A stretch of DNA of 64,000 bases from Cetorhinus maximus. Taxonomy: Eukaryota. Made by a program: the position numbers and the translations under genes. The notes under the pieces are model-generated. The model saw only the letters and a program-made list of their open reading frames with translations, was not told where the DNA came from and made no database searches. The stretch spans positions 57,350,001-57,414,000 of the forward strand of contig NC_135896.1 in the NCBI RefSeq assembly GCF_964194155.1, in the 5' to 3' direction. The stretch's first letter is position 1, and every line of letters starts with the position of its first letter. This document shows positions 51,078-63,339 of this stretch, piece by piece.

Positions 51078-51751
51078 GGGCAGAATTTTGCCCTTGTTGA
51101 GTGGGCTTGGTGGGGGCAGAAGGGAAGCCGACCGCGATCGGGACCGGACTGCAATTTCATGTTGGTGGGCCAATTAAGCCCACCCAGTGTGAAACGCGTG
51201 CTGCAGTGCTCAGCACTGCCTGTGCAGTGCGGGGGAAGGAAGGTGAGCGGGGAACTTTGTGCATGCGCATGGGTGCGCGCTGGAAAAGCTTCTTGAGGCA
51301 CAGAGCTGCCTCAGGGAGATGAAGAGTTCTGAAAAACAAAAATAAAGAATTTTTAAATGTTAATAAACATGTTCTCTCATGTGTCTCTGTCATATGTTAT
51401 GAATGAAATGTAAAATTAAAAATTTTTTTTATTAATTTGCTGTTGGAAACCTCATCCCACCCATGGATGAGGTTTCCTTAAAAGGACAAAGGCCGCTTTG
51501 CCTATTTGCCAGCCTGCCAACCATCAGGTTGGACGGGTCATGAAAAATTCAAGTTAAGCAATACTTTAATGGCCTTAATAGGCCTTCCAAATGTCAGCGG
51601 GTGTGGTACAGATTCCGGTGCATGCCTGCCGACCAAACCATCGCGCGACTGTGTGTTGACGTTGGGACACTCGCCCGACATCATCGCGTGTCATTTCACA
51701 CTTGAGCAGGTTGGGCGTGTGCGCCCGTCCGCCGAGCTGAGAATTCTGTCC
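51078..51751. mobile_element. Harbinger-type MITE, family A
   Basis: TIRs gggcagaatt / aattctgtcc, TSD tag/tgg, hairpin ggaaacctcatcc...ggatgaggtttcc. Confidence 0.85.
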
Positions 51752-54700
51752 TGGTTTAGGATAAAGGGCAAAATTTCCCATTTTCATCCCCCAAAAGTAT
51801 TATGAAATTTGCTGCACACGAATACCCATCAGGAAATTAACATGTGGAGCATCATTAAAAATAGGTTATTGCATTTTCTTTGGGTCACCCAAGGATGGGA
51901 ACATAGGTATGTATTTCTCCATATTTAAATTTTTTACTGTTTTATTTTCCCTTGAAACACCCATGACTTTAGGATACTTCATTGTGGTACTTAATTTCAA
52001 TACATCGAAACTAACATTCTTCTCTGAATGCATAGCCAATTCAACTGAACATTCAAACTTCGCAACTGCTCTTTCTCTTCTTTAGATGTGACATCGTCTT
52101 TCTGTGATTACCTAACATGATTAGTTGGGATAGGAGTAACGCTCTCTAAATAGCATTGCTGATTCAAAGTTACTCCAAAACTTATTCTGGTGAAATGGTA
52201 GCATAGTCCTAATGTCAACTAACTAGCAATCTGGAGGCCCAGGCTAATGCTCTGGGGACAAGGGTTCAAATCCCAACATGGCAGCTGGAGAAATTTATAT
52301 TCAATTAATAAACCTGGATTTGAAAGCCCATCTTGGTAATAGTGACCATGAAACCATTGCCGATTGTTGTAAAAGCCCATCTGGTTGAGTAGTATCCTTT
52401 TGGGAGGGAAATCTGCCATCCTTACCTGGTCTGGCCTACATGTAACTCCAGACCACACAGCAATGTGATTGACCACTAAATGCCCTCTGAAATGGCTGAG
52501 CAAGCCACTCAGTTGTATCAAACCACTTTGAAGCCTAAAAGGAATGAAACAGAATGGATCACCGGGCATCAGCCGGGCACCGGAAATAACAATGGCACAC
52601 CCGGCCCTGTTGGCTTGCAAGTTCCTACTTGCTAACATCTGGGGGCTTGTGCCAAGTTTGGGATGCTGTACTGCTATACTATAAACTAGTCAAGCAACAA
52701 CCTGACTTAGTCATACTCGGGGAATCATACCTTACAGACAATATCCCAGGCAACCACCATTGCCATCCTTTGGTGTGTCATGTCCCACGGACTGCTGATG
52801 AATCAGTGCTCCTCCATTTTGAACACTACTTGGAGGAAGCACTGAAGGTGGCTAGGATACCGAGAATGTTTCCTGGGTGGGGAACTCCAATGTCCATCAC
52901 CAAGAGTGGCTTGGTAGCACCACTGCTGACCGAACTGGCTGAGTCCTAAAGGATATAGCTGCTAGGCTGAGTCTGTGGCAGGTTGTGAGGGAATCAACAA
53001 GAGGGAATAACCTACTTGAACTCGTCGTCACCAATCTACCCATTGCAGATTCATTTGTCCATGGTAGTATTGGTATGAGTGACCACTGCACAGTCCTTGT
53101 GAAGACAAAGTCCAGTATTCATATTGAGTGCACCCTCCACTGTGTGGTGTGGCACTACCACCATGCTAAATGGGATAGATTTCGAACAGATCTAGCAACT
53201 CAAAACTGCACATCAATGAGGCACTGTGGGCCATCAGCAGCAGAAGGATTTTATACAACCAGAACATGTAACCTTATTGGTCGGCACAGTCCCCACTCTG
53301 TCATTACCATTAGACCGGGGAATCAACCCTGCTTCAATGAAGAGTTCAGGAGACCATGCGAGTGCAGCGCCAGGCATACCTAAGAATGGGCTGTCAACCT
53401 TGTGAAATTACAGCACAGGACAACTTCCATAACAAATAAAGTAACCAGCATGTGATAGACAGAGCTAAATGATCCCACAACCAACAGATCAGATCTCAAC
53501 TCTGCAGTCCTGCAACATCCACTCGTGAACGATGGTGCGTAATTAAACAACTAACTGGAGGAGAAGGATGAGGCTCCACAAATATCTCCATCCTCAATGA
53601 TGGGGGAGCCCAGCACGTCAGTGCAAAAGATAAGGCTGAAGCTTTGCAGCCATCTTCAGCAAGAAGTGCCAAGTGGATAAACCATCTCGGCCTCCTCCTG
53701 AGATCCCCAGCATCACAGATGCCAGTCTTCAGCCAATTTGATTCACTCCATGTGATGTCAAGAAATGGCTGAAGGGACCGGTTACTGGGCCCTGACAATA
53801 TTCCGACAATAGTACTGAAGACTTGTGCTCCAGAACTTGCCACGCTCCTAGCCAAGCTGTTCCAGTATAGCTACAACATTGGCATCTACCCGGCTATGTG
53901 GAAAATTGACCAGGTATGTCCTGTACACAAAAAGCAGGACAAATCCAACCCGGCTAACTGCCGCCCCATCAGTCTTCTCTCGAGCATCAGCAAGGTGATG
54001 GAAGATGTCACAATAGTGCTATCAAGCGGCACTTACACTGCAATAATTTGCTCACTGATGCTCAGTTTAGCTTCCGTCAGGGCCGCTCAGCTCTTGATTT
54101 CATTAAATCCTTCATCTAAACATAGACAAAAGAGCTGAACTCAAGAGTTAGATGAGAGTCACTGCCCTTGACATCAAGGCAGCATTTGCCGGAGGGTGGA
54201 AACAATGAGCCCTAGAAAAAACTAGAGTCAAGGGGAAACAGCGGGGTAACTCTACTGGGTGGAGTCATACCTATCACAAAGTAAGATGGCTGTGCTTGTT
54301 GGAGGTCAATCATCTCAGTTCCAGGACACCACTGCAGGAGTTCTTCAGGGTAGTGTCCTAGGCCCAACCATCTTCAGCTGCTTTATCAATGACATTCCCT
54401 CCATCATAAGGTTGGGAGTGGGGATGTCCACTGATGATTGCACAATGTTCAGCACCATTCAGGACTCCTCAGATACTGAAGCAGTCCATGCCCATATGTA
54501 GCAAGACCCGGACAAGTTTCAGTATTGGGCTGATAGGTGGCAAGTAACATTTATGCCACACAAGTGCTTGACAATGGCCATTTCCAAGAGAGAATTCAAC
54601 CATTTCCCCTTGACTTTCAATGGTATTACCAATGCTAAATCCTCCCCTATCAACATCTTAGGGGTTACCATTGACCAGAAACTGATCTGGATCAGCCAAT

Positions 54701-54762
54701 TAAATACTGTGGCTACAAGACAATCTTTTAAGGGAGTAACTAGCTTAATCGAGAGGGACGTC

Positions 54763-55670
54763 ATGGCAGGAGATCTCAGACCCGTGATATGCTCCTCCTG
54801 CAGGATGTGGGAAATGAGGGATGCTTCTAGCATCCCTGTTGACCATGTGTGCGGAAGGTGTGTCCAAATGCAACTTCTAGCTAACCAGATTTCGGAGCTG
54901 GAGCTGCGGGTGGACTCATTGTGGAGCATCCGCGATGCTGAACAAGGTGTGGATAGCACGTTTAGCGAGGTGGTCACACCGCAGGTGAAGATTACACAGG
55001 CAGAAAGGGAATGGGTGACCATCAGGTACAGTAAAAGACTCAGGAACGTAGTGCAGGAGTCCCCTGTATTCATCCCCCTCTCTAACAGGTATACCGCTTT
55101 GGATTCTGTTGGTGGGGATGGCCTCTCAGGGGAAAGCAGCAACAGCCAAGTTCACGGCACCATGGGTGGCTCTGCTGCTCAGAAGGGTGGGAGGAAAACA
55201 ATTGGCAGGGCTATAGTGATAGGGAATTCAATAGTTAGGGGCACAGACAGACGCTTCTGTGGCCGCAAACGTAAATCAAGGATGGTATGTTGCCTCCTTG
55301 GTGCCAGGGTCCGGGATGTCACGGAGCGGCTGCAGGACACTCTGGGGAGGGAAGGTAAGCAGCCAGTGGTCGTGGTACACATTGGTCCCAACGACATAGG
55401 TAAACTAAGGGATGAGAACCTATAAGCTCAGTACAGAGGGTTAGGAGATAAATTAAAATGCAGGAACTCAAATGTAGTAATCTCAGGATCACTCCCAGTT
55501 CCACGTGCTAGTGAGAGCAGGAATAAGAGGATAGACCAAATGAACATGTGGCTGGAGAGATGGTGTAGCCGAGTGGGATTCAGATTCTTGAGGCACTGGG
55601 ACCGGTTCTGGGGAAGGTGGGACGTGTACAAACTGGATGGGCTGCACCCAGGCAGAGCTGGGACCAGTGT
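54763..55670 (+). pseudogene. CR1 ORF1p: zinc finger, leucine zipper and SGNH esterase domain; premature stop
   Basis: 'CSSCRMW...HVCGRC', 'LELRVDSL', 'NRYTAL', esterase blocks 'GNSIVRG', 'HIGPND', 'DGLH'. Stop at 55423-55425. Confidence 0.85.
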
Positions 55671-55794
55671 AGGATCAGATAGGTCAGGTTCAGGTCAGAA
55701 AAATGGAGGTAGAACATTAGCTAGGGACGTTGTGATAGACATGGAGTTACAGGAGAAGCAAAGTTTACAAAGTGTCCAGCAAGGGAAATTGACG

Positions 55795-58600
55795 GGGTTA
55801 AACTGTTTATACTTCAATGCAATGAGTATTACAAACAAGGTAGATGAGTTAAGGGCACAGGTAGACACATGACAGCAGGATGCCATTGCTATAATGGAGA
55901 CCTGGCTAAAGGAGGGACAAAACTGGTAGCTACATATCTCTGGTTATAGAGTCTTCAGACACGATAGAGTAGGAGATAAAAAAGGAGGGGGGGGTTAGCG
56001 CTAATGGTTAAAGAATCAATTCCAGTTGTAAGAAGGGATGATATACTAAATGGGTCAACAAACGAGGCTTTATGGATTGATCTTAGAAATAAAAAAGGGG
56101 CAGTCACACTACTGGGAGTATACTACAGATCCCCAAATAGTGAAAGGGAGATAGAAGAACAAATATGTTGGCAAATTTCTGCTTGTAAGAACAAGAGGGC
56201 AATAATAGTAGGAGACTTCAACTATCCTAATATCAACTGGGATTCAAACAATATAAGGGGCACTGAGGGAGAAAAATTCATGCAGTGTGTCCAGGAAAAT
56301 TTTTTCAACCAATTAGTGACAAACCCAACGAGAGGAGATGCAATTCTAGACCTAGACTTGGGGAACGAAGAAGGGCAAGTGGGTGAAGTGACAGTTGGCG
56401 GCCATATTGGGGACAGTGATCACAATTCAGTTAGATTTAGCATTACCATGGAAAAGGACAGAGATAAGGCATGAGTAAAAGTTTTGAACTGGGGGAAGGC
56501 AAATTTTGCAGAAATGAGAAGGGCCTTGGCTGAGGTGGACTGGACAGCACGGCTGGAAGATAAAACAGTGGAAAACTAGTGGGAAGCACTAAAAAGCGAG
56601 ATCCTAATTGTACAAAGTAGACATGTCCCCTACAAAAATAAGAGTGGTACTGCCAAATCTAGACCTCCCTGGTTGTCTAGAGGAATACAGGGGAAGATCA
56701 AACAGAAAAAGAAAGCGTACTATAGGCACAAAGAACTAAGCACTGCAGATAGCCTAGACGAATATAGGAAGTGCAGGGACGAAGTAGAAAAGGAAATAAG
56801 AAATTCAAACAGAGGGCATGAAAAAAGATTAGCAAGTAAAGTTAAAGGTAACCCAAAGATGTTTTACCAATACCTTAATGCTAAAAGGTTAGTTAAGGGA
56901 AAAGTGGGACTTATCAGAGATGAAGATGGAAACTTGTGTGTAGATGCAGAGGCTGTGGAAAGGGTTTTGAATGAATATTTTGTCTCCATGTTTACAAAGG
57001 AAAGGGAGAATGTAGATATAGTAGTCCAGGAGGAGCACTGTGAGATATTGGATGGGATAGTCATAAAGAGAGAGGAAGTACTTGAAGGGTTGAAATCCTT
57101 GAAAGTTAATAAGTCACCAGGGCCAGATGGATTCTTTCTGAGGCTGCTGAAGGAAGTCAGGGAGGAGATAGCAGATGCTCTGAGGATGATTTTCCAATCT
57201 TCACTAGATATAAGGGAGGGCCCGGAGGACTGGAGAAATGCAAACATAATTCCATTGTTTAAAAAGGGATCAAAGGAAATGCCAAACAATTATAGACTAG
57301 TTAGTCTTACATCATTGGTGAGCAAATTAGTAGAATCAATCCTAGGTGATAGGATTAACTGTCATGTGGAAAGGCATGGACTAGTCAGGGATGGTCAACA
57401 TGGATTTGTTAAAGGAAGGTCTTGCCTCACAAATTTGATTGAATTCTTTGAGGAAGTGACAAGAAGGGTTGATGAAGGTAGTGCAGTGGATGTTGTGTAC
57501 ATGGATTTTAGCAAGGCATTTGACAAGGTCCCACATGGCAGATTAGTCAAGAAAGTAAAAGCCCATGGGATTCAGGGTAACGTGGCAAACTGGATGAAAG
57601 GTTGGCTTTGTAACTGGAAACACAGGGTAATGGTCGATGGATGCCCTTGCGAATGAAAAATTGTCTTAAGTGGTGTTCCACAGGGCTCAGTGTTGGGACC
57701 CTTGCTGTTTGTGTTATATATTAACAATTTGGATGTGAATGTGGAGGGCACGATTGGGAAATTTGCAGATGACACAAAGATTGGCCAAGTAGTGGATAGT
57801 GTAGAGGATAGCCATAATTTCCAAAACGATATAAATGGGTTGGTGGAGTGGGCAGTAAAGTGGCAGATGGATTTTAACATAGAGAAGTGTGAGGTCATAC
57901 ATTTAGGGAGGTCAAACAGTTACAGGGATTACACAATAAATGGGAATATACTAAGAGGGGTAGATGAATTGAGAGATCTTGGTGTACAAGTACACAGGAC
58001 CCTGAAGGTTGCAGTTCAAGTAGACAAGGTTGTAAAGAAGGCATTTGTAATGCTGTCCTTCATTGGCAGAGGTATAGAATATTAAAGTAAGGGTATTATG
58101 TTGGAATTGTATAAAACACTGGTGAGGCCACAACTGGAGTATTGTGTGCAGTTCTGGTCACCACATTATAGGAAGGACGTAATAGCTCTGGAGAGAGTGC
58201 AGAAGAGGTCTACAAGAATGTTGCCAGGGTTAGAAAAGAGTAGCTATGAGGAGAGATTGGATAGGTTGGGGTTATTTTCCTTAGAACAAAGAAAGCTGAG
58301 AGGTGACTTGATTGAAGTGTATAAAATTATGAGGGGAATAGATAGAGTGGACAGGATAAAATTGTTTCCCTTGATTGAGAATTCTAGAACCAGGGGACAT
58401 AGATTAAAGATAAGTGGCAGAAGATGTAGGGGGACATGAGGAAGAATTTTTTTACGCAGAGGGTAGTGGGTGTCTGGAATTCGCTGCCCAAGTTGATGGT
58501 AGAGGCAGAAACTTTAAACTCTTTTAAAAAATACCTGGATCTGCACCTTAAGTGCTGTAAGCTGCAGGGCTATGGGCCGGGTGCAGGAAGGTGGGATTAG
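55795..58600 (+). pseudogene. CR1 ORF2p: APE endonuclease and reverse transcriptase; several stops and frameshifts
   Basis: 'LYFNAMSI', 'ETWL', 'GDFNYPNINW', 'SDHN', 'KSPGPDG', 'QHGFVKGRSCLTNL', 'DFSKAFDKVPH', 'KFADDTK'. Confidence 0.9.
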
Positions 58601-61264
58601 AAAGGGCACCTGGATGTCCTCGGGCTGGCATGGACAAGATGGGCTGAATGGCCTACTTCTGTGCTGTAACTTTTCTATGGTTCTATGGTCCTAAGACCAT
58701 GTCAGAGGCTGGGAATTCTGCAGCGAGTAACTCATTTTGTTTCTCCCCAAAGCCTGGCTACATTCTACAGGGCACAGGTTAGGAGTGTGATGGAATATTC
58801 TCCACTTGCCTGGATGAGTGCAGCTCCAACAACATTCAAGAAGCTTGCCAGCATCCAGGACAAAGAAGCCCGCTTATCTAGCATCTCATCCACCACCTTC
58901 AACATTCACTCCTTCCACCACCGATGCATAGTGGCAGCTGCATGTACCAACTATGAGATGCACTGTAGTAACTCATCAAGGCTCCTTCAACAGCAGCTTC
59001 CAAACCTGTGACCTCTACCACCTAGATGGATAAAGGTAGCAGGTCCATGGGAACACCACTACCTGCAAATTGCCCTCCAAGCCACATACCATCCTTACTT
59101 GGAAATATATCGCTCTTCCTTCACTGTCACTGGGTCAAAATCCTGAAATTCCCTTTCTAACTGCACTGTAGGTGTACCTATACTACATGGACTGCAGCTG
59201 TTCAAGAAGGCAGCTCACCACCACCTTCCCAAGGGCAACGAGGAATGGGCAATAAATATTGGTCTAGCCAGTGACACCCATATCCTGTGAAAGAATAAAA
59301 AAAGATCTGCTTAATATCTGAACCAAAATATGTAGACACCCCTGAAACCTGACTTCCAATTTTAAATTCCCCTTTATCTTACTAATAACACATTTCTCAA
59401 ATTTCACATTAGCACCCCATAATAAATCATCAACATGCATAATGAAGATAATTGAAACATTAATAAACCAATAAAACTTTACAAAATCTGCTTTTACGTG
59501 AACACAGCCCATTTTCAGCAAAACAGATTCCATTAAAAAAAACACTCTTGGGGCATAATTCAGGCCATAAGCATATTTGATTGGTTTCCACAGTTTCCCT
59601 TCTCCACCGCATGCCTCCTTTGGCGATTTTAGAAATATTTATCTCTGAAATTTTTCACCCTGCAGTAACATGGCCTTTATGTCAATTGATCTACACTCCT
59701 ACAAATATATGGCCACAAGAGCTAACAAGACTTTCATGATTACTTTTCCCACTGTGGGAGAGTCCACCCTAACAACTGCATCACTCAGTCGCTCTTCAAA
59801 GTCCCAAGCAATTAACCTCACTTTAACCTTACAAGTCCCATTTGCAAAGACCTTTTTTATACACCTCCATCTGTGTGACAAGGCTGGCTGTCCCCTGTCT
59901 GGTATTTCAAAATAAACTCCAAATTCCTTCCAATTGTCCAATTCCTTTTGTTTTGTCTTTCTGATTAGTTAACCTGCTGTCTATTGGAAGCCACCAAAAC
60001 TTCACAGTCATGAGGAATTTTGCTTCTAGTCCTACCTCAAGACTGTTCTGTAGCCCACATTTCATTGTGTAATCCATTCAAGCTGCAGTCTCTACTTGCA
60101 CTTTGATATCTTCTGGGGGTTACTACTCTTAAGATCTCTCTCGCACTGTTGCAGACTCTTTCTCCAGTATGTGATCATTTTTTAACACAAGAGTCATTCT
60201 CAAACCCACTATTAGAACTCACACTGTGCTTTCTTACTGTCCATTCTTTTACCCTATTCCGTCAGTCCATGGACCTCACTTCTTAACCAACATCCTGAAC
60301 ATTTAACAATATTTAAACTTGCCAGTGCTTTTTCTGCAAGTGCACAATAGTCAAGTTCCTTCATTCACTGGACCTTTCTGGAACTTATGTCACCCCAGTA
60401 ACCACTTTAAGCAAATGATCTTTGGATGTGACAGCCCCCTGCCCTGTGCTTCCTGGTCACAGCCTACCACCACCCAGCCCTTGATCTATTATCTCCTGTT
60501 CCTCAGGACAGTCATTGCAAAACACGTGTATGTGAGTTACAGGCTGACTTAAGCACTTGTATTAGATTCTGAGAGTTTGTAATCAATCCTGTTTAGCTGT
60601 GAGGCAGGAATCTGAATAGTTAGATTACCATGTTAGATAACCACTGTCTTACCATCACACCCCATTACCTTACGAGGACCTATCCATTCATTTTGGACCT
60701 TTCTGTTGTAACATACCATATCTCCAGATTTAAGGTTCATCTCGGGCAGTTTTACATGATGCCTTAGAGCTCTCTGAATTTTCTCCGAGACCTCAACCTT
60801 GATGAAAGCCTTTCTTCGTGCATGTAAAGCATTCAAATGTGCAGAAAAAGTGGAACTAATCCTAGTCCCCTCAAGGGCAGGGAATCAATCGCCCAGCAGA
60901 AAAGGTATTTTGGAATTTCTCCCATAGACTAACTGACATGGACTATACTCACCAACATCTGAAGCAAATGTTTTGCATGAACCACCTGTGCCAGTGCAGT
61001 TGTCAACTTGCAGTTTGGTTTATCTGCTAATAATTTATGCAGCATTTCATTGAACACCCCATGATTCCTTTCATAGAGTCCATTGTTGAAAGGGCCTTCA
61101 GTTGTGGTATTCGTGGCCACAATATTCATGTTTTCATACATGTCTCTAAACTTGTCATTAATAAATTCCCCTCTATTATAATTCAGAAACTTGGTAGGTG
61201 CCCCAAGTGTGGTCCCTATCCATTTCCCAATGACTATCTACAATCGCCCTTTTATCCTTGCCAT

Positions 61265-61520
61265 TTACCTAATTAAAATTCAACTAAAATCCCCCATTCC
61301 TGGAACCATTCAAGAAACCCCACATCTTTCCTAAAGTGTAGTTGGAGACTAACCAGAGCTTTATAAAAGTTCAGCATTACTTCCCTGCTGTTGTACTTAA
61401 TGCCTCTATTTAAGAAGCCCAAGATCTCTTTTGCTTTGCTAACCACTTTCTCAATACATCACCTTCAAAGATCAATGCAACCCCAGATTTCTCTGTTCCT
61501 GCACACCCTTTAGAACTGTA
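61265..61520 (-). mobile_element. Degenerate CR1 RT fragment (antisense)
   Basis: 'ccagagctttataaaagttcagcattacttccctgct', 'tctctgttcctgcacaccctttagaa'. Confidence 0.55.
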
Positions 61521-61850
61521 AAGAGGGTGGTAGGTGAGATGCCGGTCAGAAGAGCATTACAATTGTCAAGTCTGGAGGCAACAAAGGCACGAATGAGGGT
61601 TTGGCAGCATATGAGTTGAGGCAGGGACAAAGATGAGCAATGTTATAGAGATGGAATTAGGTGGCCTTGGTGGCGGAGAGTTAATTGTTAAAGTTAAAGT
61701 TAATTGAAGATCCGACAGGAAATTGAGGTTACAAACAGTCTTGTTCAACCTCAGGCAGTAGCCAGGGAAATGGATGCAGTTAGTGGTTAGGCTGTGGAGT
61801 TTTTGGCAAGAGCTGGAGACAATGGCTTAATATAGTTTCCCAATAGGAAA
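61520..61850 (-). mobile_element. L2 ORF2 fragment
   Basis: Minus strand encodes 'TLIRAFVASRLDNCNALLTG', matching the L2 motif LIHAFVTSRLDYCNALL. Confidence 0.75.
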
Positions 61851-62489
61851 TGTAATAAAAACATTTGATTATATCATTACGTATCCTCCCATTTCCAGAA
61901 TGTATTTTATATAATTTCTGGATAATTAAAAAGGCTACAGTAATTACAGTAAAGATATTTGTGTAAGGCAGTTATCTAGAAATGCATAGCACCTAAAATA
62001 CAATTATACACCTTGTGCAAATTACCACAGGAATTCACCACAGTGTAATTGAAAGAAAAACTCCTTAGACCAAATGAGCAAAGGAAATGAGAGCCTATGA
62101 CTACCATTGCATCGCTGCTCTTTGAAAATACTTCAGCTTAATTAAACTAGTATATGCTACAATTGGCAGATTTAGATAAAATCATGCAGTTATAATTTTA
62201 ATAAGACTGCAAAAAAACATTGTAATTAGTATTTTCTGCACTATGACTAATTACAACAGGATATGAATAGGTTATTTAGATTTGCCAATCATCTCTGGGA
62301 ATCAGTATTGTGTGCTAAGAATGCAGGTGGCTTCATACAACCCTTAGGTTTGCATTTCAATCCCACATCCACAGCCATTGTTCACATGTCAAGGATGTAT
62401 CTGAGGAACAAAGATTCCTCGTGAAATAAATGTCTGACAATAGCTAAGTCTGCTGCACTCAGCTTCAATTGACAATGACCTTTTCTGAC

Positions 62490-62600
62490 GCAATGGTAGT
62501 GTTCCTACCTCAGGGCCTAAAAATCTTCAGGTTCAAGTCCCATATGAGAACTTGTTGGCTACAGAAGGAGCATTCATGATGCAGTTCCATGGACTGATAA
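62490..62600 (+). mobile_element. tRNA-derived SINE head remnant
   Basis: 'caatggtagtgttcctacctc...ggttcaagtccc' gives A/B-box-like spacing. Confidence 0.45.
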
Positions 62601-63339
62601 TCAGCTGGGAATCCTGCGCACTATTCCCCAGAGGTGAAAAATGCGTGCATGAGGTAGGCTGAAAAAAATCTTGTTTGGTGGACCATATAAGCAATTGGAC
62701 ACTGTGCTATTATCAAAATGGTATATCCCACCATGTGGCTTAATGCTCAGTATTAGAATTGACCCTGAACTTATACTGTGAGTGGAAACTTGAGTTAAAA
62801 ACACTTGAGTCAGGAAATTCCCCTGGACTTTTTCTGAAGGACTGCCATAACTTTGGCAGAAGATCAATGAAAATCCTGGATGTGCTGTATAAACATTATT
62901 TCCACTGATCTTCCACCAAGTTACAGGAACTGGTCAGGAGAAGCCCCAACCAACATAGTCCCTCAATTTCTTTTCATTGTGAGTTGCCAATTTATTTAAG
63001 TTCACGGGCCCTTTAAATTTTTTTACATGACCATGCATGCTTGGTAACTTTAAAGGGTCAACTTGTACGGGTCCTCGTGGACACACAACTTAGTGGAAAC
63101 ATTTCCCCCAAGAAAATTTCAGTGTTAATGTGTTGATTTGAAATTCCTTTGTCTTCTATTTTTGAAACGATATTGAGACATTTAAAATGATTAGATTAAC
63201 ATTGCTTTAAAAGTAGTAAAGGAGTGGATTGACACCAATGCTAAAATACTGGAGAGAGTATTTTCAGAGCAAAGCATTCTTACACCAATGTCCCACAGTC
63301 AAATTTCAGGATGATTGACTATATCCTGTCTGTTCTAAA

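Larger units (their letters stand above)
54721..58692 (+). mobile_element. Near full-length CR1/HER1-type LINE nested in the LINE above
   Basis: ORF1 plus ORF2, (ttctatgg)n tail, aaga duplicated at 54717-54720 and 58693-58696. The host frame 'NTVATR|..QRLGIL' resumes after it. Confidence 0.9.
52190..59305 (+). mobile_element. Single-ORF APE-RT LINE (CR1/Zenon-like) with tRNA-derived SINE 5' head; ~3.1 kb excluding the nested CR1; decayed
   Basis: B box ggttcaaatcc at 52263-52273. APE 'LVKQQPDLVILGESYL', 'TRGNNLLELV', 'SDH'. RT 'CPVHKKQDKSNPANCRPISLLS', 'GVLQGSVLGPTIFSCFIND', 'STDD'. C-terminus at 58685..59011, then an A-rich tail. tctg is duplicated at 52186-52189 and 59306-59309. Confidence 0.85.
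50222..61260 (-). mobile_element. Ty1/Copia retrotransposon remnant (IN-RT-RNase H-PPT-3' LTR) fragmented by nested insertions
   Basis: IN 'PFNNGLYERNHG' (60929..61141-). RT 'VRLIAWDFEE..VRVDSPT' and 'MHVDDLLWG'. The frame resumes left of 52190 as 'GVTLNQQCYLE...EQLRSLNVQLNWL'. RNase H end 'MLERNGIS..WV' (51036-51076) and 'SFTQRSACIKKLFGVLEEG' (~50545-50615). PPT-like gaaaaaaaaaggag at ~50439-50453 and a ~208-bp LTR-like segment at 50222-50429. Confidence 0.75.

Noticed and set aside
51036-51790. MITE-mediated deletion of the middle of the Copia RNase H
   Set aside because: The RNase H middle is missing here, but the MITE has a plausible tag/tgg TSD, so the deletion may be independent of it.
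52190-52280. Genuine tRNA gene
   Set aside because: The B box is intact but there is no full cloverleaf or terminator, and the sequence runs into a SINE body.
62600-63110. Possible DNA-transposon remnants (Harbinger- or hAT-like ends)
   Set aside because: Too degenerate; paired termini and TSDs not found.
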